Part shown: positions 12,101-23,572 of the stretch, in pieces
Layout of the letters: every line of letters starts with the position of its first letter
Numbering within the stretch: the stretch's first letter is position 1
Assembly: GCA_051294375.1 (NCBI GenBank)
Contig: CM119265.1
Location: 8,998,772-9,062,771 of the forward strand
Length of the DNA: 64,000 nt
Origin: Paraspadella gotoi
Lineage: Eukaryota > Animalia > Chaetognatha
Direction: 5' to 3'
Position numbers and translations under genes: made by a program
The notes under the pieces: model-generated
What the model saw: the letters and a program-made list of their open reading frames with translations, nothing else
Database searches by the model: none
Told to the model about the DNA's origin: nothing

Positions 12101-13027
12101 CAGCTTTGAGAGTGAGGTTGTCCCTTTTTGGACGAATGCCTTTCAAGACGAGACAAGCCGGAACTCTCACCTGCGTGTCAGGATTCCTCATTCTGAAAGT
12201 CGCTTCCAACGAAAACATGTCGGGCAAACCTTTCGGAAACAAAATGGACGTCGGGATCGTCAGATCCGCTCGTCGCCCGATCCTGGTTGAAAGGAGTTAC
12301 TCGTTTTATTGTAAAATTCGAAAATAATTGTATTTAGTGTGAATTTGTAATTTATTGTCTTTTGTCGTTTAATAAGCTGAGAGAGTTTGAGGTTAGATAA
12401 ACAACGATTTTATTTAAAAACAGTGGACATGTTTCGACCTTTTTGCAAGTCGTCTTCAGCACTTAAACAATTAACACTTAAACAATTTTCCAATTACCTA
12501 ATTTTTTTTACATTTCTCGATTTTGTTATATTTATTTATCTACTCTATCTACCTCAATTATCAGTAATAGAAAGCGATATAAAATATTTTTTTTAATCGC
12601 CAAAGAAGATTAAAACTAAGCTTCAACCTGTAAGCCGTTTGCAACCGGTTCGTTCCAGATATTTTCCGGATGCCCGTCACCGAAACTGTCTCCCCGTTGA
12701 GTCCGAGTCGAGAGAAAAAGTCGAAGGCGGGTAGATCGTCATCGCCCTGCGATTCCGTCGGGCAGACGCCCTCCTCGGCGAATTGACCGGAAGTGGGCGT
12801 GGAGGAAATGAGGAGGAGCAGGGCGAGGAGGGGGAAGAGAGAACGAAGGAAGCTGCGGGGGAAGAAGTTAGGCGAAGATTTTTTTTGGTTTTAATTATAT
12901 TAGGTCGTTTGATACGTATTTATTTAAAAAAATATTCACTGAAGACTTTAGAACGAGTTTTTGACATTTTTCTCATATAAAAGCATTCACTTTTCAATAT
13001 TAATTACCTTTTGAAGAAAGCTCCCAT
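6707..13027 (-). CDS. FACIT collagen, collagen IX alpha1-like (signal peptide, TSPN/NC4 domain, interrupted Gly-X-Y helix)
   Basis: Approximate exons 13027-13008, 12852-12628, 12282-12171, 11730-11582, 11469-11296, 11186-11055, 10923-10570, 8962-8714, 8646-8557, 8429-8114, 7851-6707. N-terminus [21 protein letters not shown].. then [65 protein letters not shown] parallel COL9A1 NC4. NC2-like [16 protein letters not shown]. Ends [14 protein letters not shown]. Confidence 0.9.
11798..11864 (+). ncRNA. HDV-like (delta/CPEB3-type) self-cleaving ribozyme fold, P1 imperfect
   Basis: P1 5' GCTAGCA 11798-11804; P2 CGTCTCT 11808-11814 / AGAGACG 11858-11864; P3 ACC 11815-11817 / GGT 11825-11827; L3 TCCACGC; P1 3' TCTATC 11828-11833; GG for P1.1; P4 CATCC-TTTC-GGATG; J4/2 GCAAA with C11854 at the catalytic position. 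Confidence 0.75.
11798..12146 (+). mobile_element. Short non-autonomous ribozyme-headed retroposon candidate in collagen intron 3
   Basis: Flanked by imperfect direct repeat GACGACACCGCCGGAACTCCCA (11776-11797) and GACGAGACAAGCCGGAACTCTCA (12147-12169). 5' end coincides with ribozyme G1. Removing the element plus one repeat leaves a 69-nt intron, typical for this window. Confidence 0.6.
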
Positions 13028-14859
13028 CGTACAGCCGTAATTTTGTTTCCCTATATTATATACAATTTCAGGAGTCTTTAAAAACCAATTTCCGCTGAGA
13101 TTATAAATTCCGTTACATTTTGACTTAAATTAAAAAACACCGAAAAAATTTTTCGCATTCTAAAACTTATTTAAAAAATTCGAACATCTGCTGTTTAATT
13201 AACTAGTCTTACGCGACGAACAACTTTTCGTGCTTGGTTCGCACATACAGTTATTAGTTAAAAACCAAAAAAAAATAATTAAAAAAGCAATAAAAACACG
13301 CAGTGATTGATTTATATTATCGTGAATGTTTAATAAAAAGTCCAGCGCAGCGCGCAGGATTCGCCGTCGTTTTCATCATCCTCCACTGAAGTCGGCTGGG
13401 GAGAGGGAAGCAGTCGATCGGAGCCTTGAAAAGGAATGAAGATTTCAACTGTGCAGCGACTCTCGATGGAGATGAAGCCTTTCGTTTGATCAATACGATT
13501 GTGAACGAATCGATGAATTAATTGTGTGTTCGGAGAAAAGAGGTTACTCCAACCCGTAAGTCATATTTATCACCCAGTTCGAAGAACTTAGTTCACTGAG
13601 AGGGAAACTTAACCCCGAGACCGTGATTTTTCGACGTCGTTGTTGTTGTTGCCGATGTAGAAAAAAATACTTCGATAAATCGGTGGAAAAAAAAAGACCA
13701 GATTTTCGAAATTCAGCCAGCCCAATCCCTGAACCTAATCCACTAAAAAAAAGACAAAATCGTGCCAGTTACTCTGCCGCGAACTCGAAACTCCATATCT
13801 CCGAATTGCGAACGGTATCGTCGACCTATTTCGAACACCGTGGCCCCTCCGTCGCTCCGCAGTCTTCGTCTTTATCTTCGTCGTCGTCCGTTGCAGTTGT
13901 TCATCTTTAACTCGAAGAATGTTTCGACAAATTTTTTTTCTTTTCCCGGGGGCGAAGACGGGAGAAAAAGTAAAAAAGAGAAACAACTAAGAGCCCGCCG
14001 CTCGTCGCTCGAGGTGAAAGGGATGAAAATCAGAGCTTGTGATTGGTCGGGGTTTGGGAAATTGGAGAGCTAATTGGAGGAAAGAAATGTAGGGAGGGAG
14101 AGTGGGGCGGTTGAGGATTTTAACCAGAAATCGCATCGCATCGGGTAAAAGTTGAAAGGTTGAGGATTGGAAAAGGAAGCGGCTACCGATGAGAGTGATT
14201 CTACTGACGGAATATAAAACCGAGGACTGAACTATTTTTTGGGATAAAAAATCATAAGAGCCTTATATCGTTTTGCAATATTTTATTGTCACAACGAACA
14301 TTTTGTCAACAATGCGTGTGAAACATATATTTCTCGACTAAACTATAACCACGAGTCAAAATACTATCTAGAAAACAAAAACAAAAAAGTGCACTCGTAA
14401 AAGAAAAAAAAAGGTCAGACTTTTCGACAGACTATAACAGTGTAACTGTAAGAAAAAAAAAGATTTGAGCTAAAAAAATTAGCGTCTCGACGAATTTAGC
14501 GTGATCATTCGTTCTCGTTAAATACTAAAAAAAAAATTAAAGAAATCTAAATGATTTTAAAGATTGATACAATCGACTAATAGGCGACGTTAACCTCGGA
14601 AGAAAAAATTGGGAAAGACATTTCGTGTTAATGGTGATCGATGAAGATAATAAATATGTTTGTTAGATGGACATTCTACAAAATAAAGGTGTAGACTGTC
14701 GTATGCATATTGATGATGAAAAAAGTTTCGTGTTTCTCCGCGAGGAAAACGACGCGATGATTTGTATGAAAAAAAAAGTAAACAAAAGAGAAAAAGAATT
14801 TCTTAGCGGATCATCGTGCGACACTTTATTTTTGGCAGGGAAGGGTGAGGAAGGAAAGG

Positions 14860-17800
14860 TCAGAATCCTCTTCCGTTGGAGGATGCCGACTGACTAGAAG
14901 CGGCGGAAGCGGCGGCGGCGTTGGCGTTGACTTCAAGCATTTCCAGAAATAGTTTGTGCATAGGCACCGAACCGTCGTTGCGGATCTCGATCCAAAACCA
15001 GCGCAGTAGCAGGGCCACCTGTGAAATGCCCAAAGCGCGAGATGACAAAATCAATCAAACAACGCATCTCAAGGCATCTCTTCATTCCTTCCCTCACCTG
15101 TCTCAATTGCGGCAAGAGAAGCGTGAGAATGCCCGTTCTTTTGTTGGCCGTTGATGCGGGGTTTCCGCTTTTGAGGTGCTCCACCAGATGTCCCCACATG
15201 GCGTCGCGAAGTTCGGCCACTTTGTCTGCGTCGTCCAGCCGCGGGATAGCGTTGAAAAGGACGACGGCTTTCAGAAGGAGGAACTCATCACGGGTGACGC
15301 CGGCCGAGCGGAATCGCGTCACGAGGTCCCTGGAGGACGGAAAACAAAAGAACAACTTTTGACCTTTTCAGAATTAAGAGCATCGGGATAATATAGTTCC
15401 TTTAATAGTTTATTAACCTGAGAAGTCTGTCGAGGTCCGGGACGGATTGAAATATTGATTGACAGTCGTCTTCGGAGAGCAGAAAATCGTCGGCAAAGAT
15501 CAACTTATATAAAAGAAAAAAAATTATTACAAAAGAATTCTAGATTATTAGATAAAAAAGCGCTGTGCTTTGCAAAACCTTAAGACGGTCGGCGGCGGAC
15601 AGCCGGCCCCCGATGGCCGTCCTGTGGGCTACAGCAAGTATCAGCACCTCCAACCAGCACCCGTGAAGAAGGTTCATTTGATCCGAGAGAGAAAGGTGAG
15701 CGAATCCAGGAATCTGCTTCGCCCAACCGATGGTGCCCACAAGTTCCCTGGTGAAAGGGTAATCGGTTTAATTACTATACCTCTACCTCCATATATCTTT
15801 CTCTATGTCTCTCGCCACCTGTCCGACAGATCGCAGAGAATGGCGATGAGCTTGAGCCTCATCTCCTCGTTGTCCGAGGCCTGAGTGAAGGAAGGATCGG
15901 GCAGCGCGAGGACCTTGTCGGGCTCGGCGGCTCGAAGGGCCATCAGCACGACGGTCGTCTCGTCGCGCGAGGAGAGGACGACGCTCTTGAGATCCGGCGA
16001 GGTCGCCTTTCGGGAAGAGAGGGACAGCGACTGTATCGACGAAGTGGTGGTGGTGGAGCGAGACGACCCCGATGCGCCGCTCGGCATAGAAGACCCGCCT
16101 TGCGAAAGAGAGAGAAGGGGGAAAAGGAAGAGCGGTCATTTTATTTAGACTTTAGAGAGAAGTAAATATTGTGCCACGCATGAAAATCACACGCTTACTA
16201 GAAGAGAGGGAGAGAAAGTGAGGACGCGGCGACGGCGAATCGCTGGCCCTCCTCTTGTACTTTTGGCGTCCACCACGAACTCGGTCCACACGAACGCCCT
16301 CTTTCAACATCCCCATTCGAAGGCATTTCTGTAGAAAAGATTATTATAGGTTATGAGAAGACCGGGTTAGGATTTATGAAACGAGTAAAAAAAAATTTTC
16401 ATGAATTAATAATCTCAATCGTTCTCTCGCCTGGAATCGACAGGCCTGACAGGCCTTTCGTCTCCGCTTGGTTATCTCGCACTCGCCATGAGCCGGACAA
16501 CTGTAGTCGATGTTTCCTTGGATAGTGCGTTTGAAGAAGGCTTTACAAGCTTCGCAAGAGGCTACCCCGTAGTGGAAGCCACTCGCGACGTCGCCGCAGA
16601 CTTGTCGAGGAAAATTGTTAGCCGATTAATAGAAGTTGCCACTATCACTTTATCCCTTTTTCTCAGACCTTTGAACCCAGTCTCAGTGAGTCTCACCTAA
16701 ACACATCCTTCGGTCGCCGTCGCGCAAAAAGTTCAACTCCTGATCGTCGTCCGCGCCAAACTGCGCCACGCCCGATTCGACCGTCGCCTTGGCCCCGTCG
16801 GCCAATTGGGAGTCGGGCGCGAGATTGAGCGTGCCCGGATCGAGCATTTGTAGAAAGCACTCATCCGCGTCAGTCGAAGGTTTCATCTCTATTTTTGGAA
16901 GGATGAAATTGAGATGGAGATATGGAAATACAAACGAAAAAAGCGCACGTACGCAAGTGCAAAAAAAAATGTAACTTAAAATACAATAGATCAGATCTGG
17001 TTTTGGTAAAATAAGAGCTTATTCTACCAGCGAAGGTTTTACAATTGTACGAAACTGTAAGCTAAAATGTCTCTCCAAAAAATATTATCATTAAATTTTT
17101 TTTAAAAAAACTTCTATAACAAAATTTATATAATACATTAGTGATTAAAAAAGTTTATAGAACAAAATAACTAATAAATTACTATGCTTTGCGTCTAGAT
17201 GCATTTTAAATAAAACGAATAATATATTTTTTGTAAAACATGACGGATTTGCACCAATTCATACATGTTCCCATATATGTATGTACGCTGGCGCAAAAAC
17301 TGCAACCGCATAAGTGGTTTTTTTTTCCTACAGACTTACGCATAAGACTTTACAAAGTGTGAAAAGTCTTTGTAAAGTAATAAGGATGGTCGGCAATAAA
17401 AAAATTATTATGGAAATGCCTTTTAATATAATTATTAAAAGATGCAGTAACCGTAATATTAACAACTAATTAAAAAGTCGATTCAAGCATCCGAAGAAAA
17501 TTGTAAGAACAGATGAACATACTGCATAGACAATAGTCATAATTAGAAGTTTTTAGGTTTAGCTCTTTTTTTTATGAATTTTAGGAAGCATGGCTAATCG
17601 AAACGATATCCATCTTACATACTTTCGTCATAGTTATGAAGGATATAACCGACGCATCTTGCAATTTGCAGTGAAACCCATTCAAGTCTTCGAATGCTCG
17701 AATTGAAAGGGTTCTAAGAACTTCCGACTATGGAAGTAACAAATAGTAAAGAGTTTAATTATAAGGTCTACCACAGCATAAAAAAGGTATTGCGCGGGAC

Positions 17801-18639
17801 GGTAAGACTTCGTACGAGGGAGTTCGAGTCCATAAGATCTAGCTTTTCCAAATTAAAATACCAAATCACTACATCGAATATTTTAAAAGGGCCGCTTAGC
17901 AACTATGTCCCTACCTTCACCAGTCCAAAGAAAATGCCCTAAAATAAGATTCCAATCATAATTGTACATGAATAAACGGTAACAAACAAACAGAACTAAT
18001 GATATAGATGAACTCGACTTCAAGTCACACTCACCGATGCTCTCGGCGGGACTGGAATATCCACCGGGACTCGAGGAATCATACTGTTGCTGAAAGTCGT
18101 CTTGCAAATTAGACGACGGATCTCCGGTGATCCTGAAAGAGTAAACAAAGTAAGGTTTTAATATGATACATTGCCCATTCATCCCGCGAAAGAAAGGAAA
18201 TGCCAAAACTCACCCTCGAAAGTCCCCGATCAACGTGTAGTCCTCGATCTCCGAGGTCACTTCCGAGAGGCGCGAGGACGAGGCGCCCGAACTGTTGTCT
18301 CCCCACGTCGCCGTCAAAGCAGTCGACAATGTCGTCGGGGTCGACGTCGCGGCTGTGAGGGAAACGATTTTAAATTGAAAATATCTCTGGACCTTCGCCG
18401 CGGATCCCCCACACCCTCAACTGACCCAAAATCGGCCCGCAGGCTCCGGCGGAGCCAGAGGTGGTGACTACACTGGCGTCCATTGGACTCGAGGGACGCT
18501 CGACCTTGATGAGGCTGACCGACGCCGCGAGTCCATTCGCGCGACCCGGCGACATCTTCGGCATCGCGACGGCGGAGACGGCGGTCGGACGGCCCGACGG
18601 ATTGTCGCCTTGTGACGAAGACGGTGACGACAGATTCAT
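14860..18639 (-). CDS. ERR: Estrogen-related receptor (NR3B), about 11 exons
   Basis: [121 protein letters not shown]-2 [13 protein letters not shown]-terminal exons less certain. Confidence 0.95.
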
Positions 18640-19590
18640 CGAGTAGAATTGAGGGGAGGGGGAAAGGGGATAACGACCGCGTCTAATGCCTTTTTACGGC
18701 ATCGTTGGGCCAATCTAGAATTATATTAGGGAGGGAAACGAACTTATCGTTTCTTCTCTTGGATAAAATGACAAAGCGCAAAACGGTACCTGGTTATCCG
18801 AGTGAAGTGAAACCAGTGTTTGATCAGATATTATGCAGGTCCCGGACGTACTTGCGAAAAGTTTAACTCGCTACATATTAGATGATATTAACGCAGCGCT
18901 CAATGGCATTTGGCATATACAAACACATTTTTTTCACTTCTGACAACGAATAATATTAAGCAATCTTTTAAAAGGAATGATTTTTTTTATATTCTGGTTC
19001 ATCGACGAATGAGCACAAAATTATTCGTTAAGAACGGGAAAATTTTAGTTTCAGACCGTTATTCTTGGGCACATTGTTTTGACAGTTTTTATATTAACAA
19101 GTATTTATTTACCATCAGTAACAGTCATAAAACAATCCTAGCCTAAACAATAAGAAGTTACTCCCATCAGGATTTTTTTCCAGTAATCTTAAACATCCGA
19201 CAAGAGGAAGGGCACTTTAACGAGTGATCAACGGTATAATTTCAACGACTAAATTATGAACTAAGGAGAAGGGAGAAGAGAGAACGAAAAAGAAACGAAT
19301 AAGAAAAGGAAATTTGAAAAAAAAAAAAGTGGAAGAAAACAAGGGGAAGTCACCCCGGGGGGGGGAAAGGGGGAAAAAAAGAAAGTAGAAAAGTTTTTTG
19401 AACTGCCTAGCGGACAGCGACTTTCCCCCAACCAATCGCGCTAACAGAAAACTTTTATTTTAAAACTAACGACACTAATTATAAAAAGGTAAAGAGACTC
19501 GAAATCGCATGGAGAGACGGAAGAAGTACCGACGAAGACGGACAAAAAAAAAACCAAAAAGCCGGAGGTGAAGAAAATAAGGGTGGGCCT

Positions 19591-22500
19591 TCAGTCGCTC
19601 TCCTCCTCGTCGGTCGTGAAGTCCGAGACGTCGGAGTTCTCTTCGTCGCCTTGCGTCTCTTCGTCCAACATTTCCCACTGAGGATGAGACTCGATTTTCT
19701 GACGAGAGAAAGATAAAAAGGGGGGGGGGAAAGGAGAAAAGTATAGATTATTAGAGGAGAATAGAGGAGAGGAAAATAGAGAGGAGAGGAGATACAGAGA
19801 AAGAGATGAAAAGAAGTAGGGATTGTGATTATTAAAAACAATTTGGAATCTACCAAAATTTTGCCGCCCACCTTGGCTTGTTTAACGTCGAGTCGAACTG
19901 ATTTTTGTTGATCGAAACCCACGTAGCAGTCGGACTTTAGGAATACCGAGTAAGTGTAAATACCTAGGGAAAAAGTTAAAAAAGACGCTGCACCATTGGA
20001 AAAACAGTTTTGGGATCCGACTATACAACATTTACCTGGCTTTTCGGGCGCGGGAAATTTTAATTCAAAATCTTCTTCGCTCTCAAGGGAGGTGACGTAA
20101 TACGGAGCTGATATGAGTGACTGAGGCAGATAGGGAGAGAGAGGCACGAGAAACAGAACAATGGGGAACGAATGAAAAAAAAATAATTGAAATGGGGGCA
20201 TTTTTAACCGTCCCTACCTGCCGTTTCGTATCCGCAATATAGCACCACCAAGCTTCTTGTTTCTTGGCCGGGAAATACGGACAGTAAACGATATGAGACT
20301 TTCGAGTTTTTGTTTCTAAACTCTGGACTCGCTCCTGTGAGTTCAAGGATTAAAAAAAAAAATGGCTACAAATAAATTAATGATAAAAAGAGAAACTTTC
20401 CCTCACCTTTTGGCTCTCCTGTTGAAACTGCTCCCAATCGTCTTCATCCTGGGACTCGTCGGCTTCTTCGTCATCATCCTTCCGCACACGATCATCCTCT
20501 TCCTCGGAATTGTCCACGTCGCTCTCCGCGTCGCTGCGTCCGTTCCGAACGTCCGAATCCTCGTCGTCATCGTCGTCGTGAGTCCGTCTCGAACGTCCGC
20601 CGGCGACGCCGTTGGCGACGGGGGCCTCGGCTTCCGAGGCTGCAAAATGGATTTTTCTTGTCAAAAAACATTAATTTGGTCTCCTTCGACTCCTCAAATC
20701 TACATATTTCCTCACCATTTTGTTTCCCGACCGTCTCCGGCGCTGGTCTTTTACGCGGTACTACCCGGAGTTGCTGCTGCTGCGGTTTCTTCTTCGGTTT
20801 TGACTTTTGCTTCCCTTTGCTCTTCCAGACAGGCGCTTTCTTCTTGGGGCTTTTCTTGCCCTCCTCGTCCTCCTCCTCCCCTTCATCGGCCTCGCCGTCC
20901 TCGGCGCCCTCTCTAGGACCGTCCCCGCCTCCTCCGTTGTTGAGAGAGACGAGGGCGCCGTTACTTAGTCCGAGGTTTAGCGCCTTGTGCATCGGCTGGC
21001 GCTTGAGTTCCACGCGGACGGTGACGATGGCGCCGGCGGTGATGCTTTTGTCCTCGTCGTCCATGACTTCGACTGAGGGAAAGAAATAGAAAATGAATTT
21101 GACGATTTGCCTTCTAACTTTTCAAACTCGACCCGGCCTGATCTCGCTCACCGATGACGTTCATATTGATGTGTGGATAATTCCCAGCAACTGTGAGAAC
21201 GTCTTGGTACTGCATGTCTGTTAGATTTCGCAAAAGGTTTCGCCTGTCGACTTCTTTCATTTCGAGGAACTGTTCCACAGTCCGAATGTTGCGCTTCCTC
21301 GAGCAAAAATGTCTAAAGAAAGCGATCGAAAAATGAAATGCTCCGAATAATAAAAATTATCNNNNNNNNNNAATAATAAAAATTCTCCATTCATTTAATA
21401 AATAAGCTCTCTTGCCCATGACTTTGGACAGGCTTTGGTGGTTTAAGGCCTCCATCAAGATAATACATGATAATAACATAGCAGGTCCCTGCAAGCTTTC
21501 AACCAAGACCGATTCTTACCTTAAAATATCCTCCTCAATGTAGGGAAGTTGCAACAAAGGATTCTTCCCTTCCCCAATGCCTTGTATTAACAATTGACTA
21601 AGCTTCATGCAGTGTTCGACGGTGTTTAATCGAGGCGCCATATTTGGTCGATCTGGAGCAAAAATCATGAGGGGCAACGTGGGAGCGATAATGATATCGA
21701 TTTCATCTTCTTTGGTAAATATTAAAAAACGTACCCGAATGGCGCATGGCAACGATGGTAGAGACGCAACAACTGATCATCTCTCGAATGAGAGCTGGCG
21801 ACTTCTTCAGAATGTAGTCGCGATCTTTCCCCAGCGTAGAAGGGTTTAGCTCGGTTCTGGAGAGGGCGGCGTGTATCAATGCGCGGGCTTTGATGCTGTA
21901 GGGATGCGAAAGAACGCCCTCTCGACTTTTCTCTCCTTGAGAATGTCATGACAAAAATTGGAAAATTGGGTAAAATGAGAAAGGGCAAAGTCGAATAATG
22001 TACCTAGATTAGGCAACTCCTTCATGAGCTGCGGGACTTCGTAGTCGTCAGACGGGCGGACTTCGATCTCGGGGTTGTGAAATTTCCAGAACTCAAAGGA
22101 GGCGGCCAGAATCATCATGGCACGCCGCATGACCATGTTGGGAGTCTTGTGAAAAAAGTAAAAGTACAGCTGCGTCGTGTCGAGGAGGATTTTGTCGCCA
22201 GTATAACGGATGGAGCGATACCACCAGATCCCGACCACTAGCGGAAGGATGACCATAAAGGCGAGAGCGTAGGCGGCGAGTACGAACTTAGAGTACTGTT
22301 CGCTCACGATCCAGGCAGGGAAGGCGATGCCAAACATCATGGCTCCAGGACCATCCGGGTTCCCGTACTCTTCCCAATTTTTGCGAGCCACGGGGTCGGT
22401 GAGAGCGTCCGAGGCTTTGGTGATTTTCATAAACATTTCCTCGGAGCCGCCCTGATCAGGATGATGGATCTTGGACAACTCGCGAAACTTCTTTTTGATG

Positions 22501-22862
22501 TCCTTTTCGGAGGCCCCGGGCGAGAGGCCGAGAATGTCGTAGGGGTTGTACTCGACGTGGTCTCTCTCGATCTGGCTGACTTTATAGGCGAGAAAGACGA
22601 GAATGACCCAGAGGACGACGATGACGAGTTTGACGAGGCGCTTCTTGGCCCGATCGATGGGTCGCCCCGCGCGCAGCTTCTCCATCTTCTGTCGGCAAGG
22701 TTCGAAGATGGAGAGTTCCTCCACGTCCTGGTGCTTATCGTTCTCCTCCTCCTTCGGCCACAGGTAGAAGGTGAGGGGGAGAAGGATGAGGGCGAAGAAA
22801 GAAAAGATGAAGTAGAAAAATGTGTTGCCGCTTTCGTCGTATTCGAATTTCGCACCCGCCAT
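19591..22862 (-). CDS. SEC63: Translocation protein SEC63 (TM segments, J-domain, Sec63 domain, acidic tail)
   Basis: MAGAKFEYDESGNTFFYF.., YNPYDILG..HHPD.., NWEEYGNPDGPG, PYSIKARALI, ITAGAIVTVRVEL, PYFPAKKQEAWW, acidic end HPQWEMLDEE..EEESD* (stop 19591-19593). Confidence 0.96.
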
Positions 22863-23572
22863 CTTCGGGATCGATCTCGTTCAAACGGCGAAAGTTTTGA
22901 TTGTTTATGTTAACAACGGAAAAGTATTCATACCGTGAAAACCAACGAAAAATTTACGGTCCTTAAAGTTGTAGTTGGAGGATGGAGTGCGGTTCAATTA
23001 TTAATCGAATGCTATTATCGGCATTTTTTTAATACATTTTACAAAGAAAGAAAGTACACCTGACGCGTTTAGACTCGTCACAGACTCAAAATCGGCTATA
23101 AAAACGAAACCAACGGAAACCCAATCCCGCTCCGCGCTCGAAACAAGTTACATAGGTTATTTACGAAATAAAAAAAATGATTCGCGCAAAAGTATTAAGA
23201 TAACAAAACAAAACAAAAAAACAAATATTTGTCATCGGTTTTTAGAAGCGAAGAAAAAACGCTATTCAACAGTTTTTTGTGTTTTTGTCTGACGTAAAAT
23301 AAATTAGAGTCACTCAATCAGATAAAAAAAATTCGTTAAACATGGAGAATAAACTATATACATTTTACAAATTAAACAATTGACTAAGCTAGCGACTTAG
23401 TGCGATGACTGGTTATCTTCGTGGCAAACGCAAGGCAACTCGTTTTGAGATCCACGTCTGAGTTTCAAACAATTGTCATCCTAAAAAAATAGCCAGACAA
23501 GTCTTCCGAAAGGGCGGGAACCGCCGGCTTTTTAAAGTTGTAAATCGTCCGCCCCAAATTCCTTTCGGAGTT

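Noticed and set aside
12075-12150. Hammerhead ribozyme at CTGAAGA
   Set aside because: No correctly placed GAAA core or stems II/III follow.
19479-20201. 240-aa hydrophobic ORF
   Set aside because: Read-through of SEC63 exons and pyrimidine-rich introns, not a separate gene.
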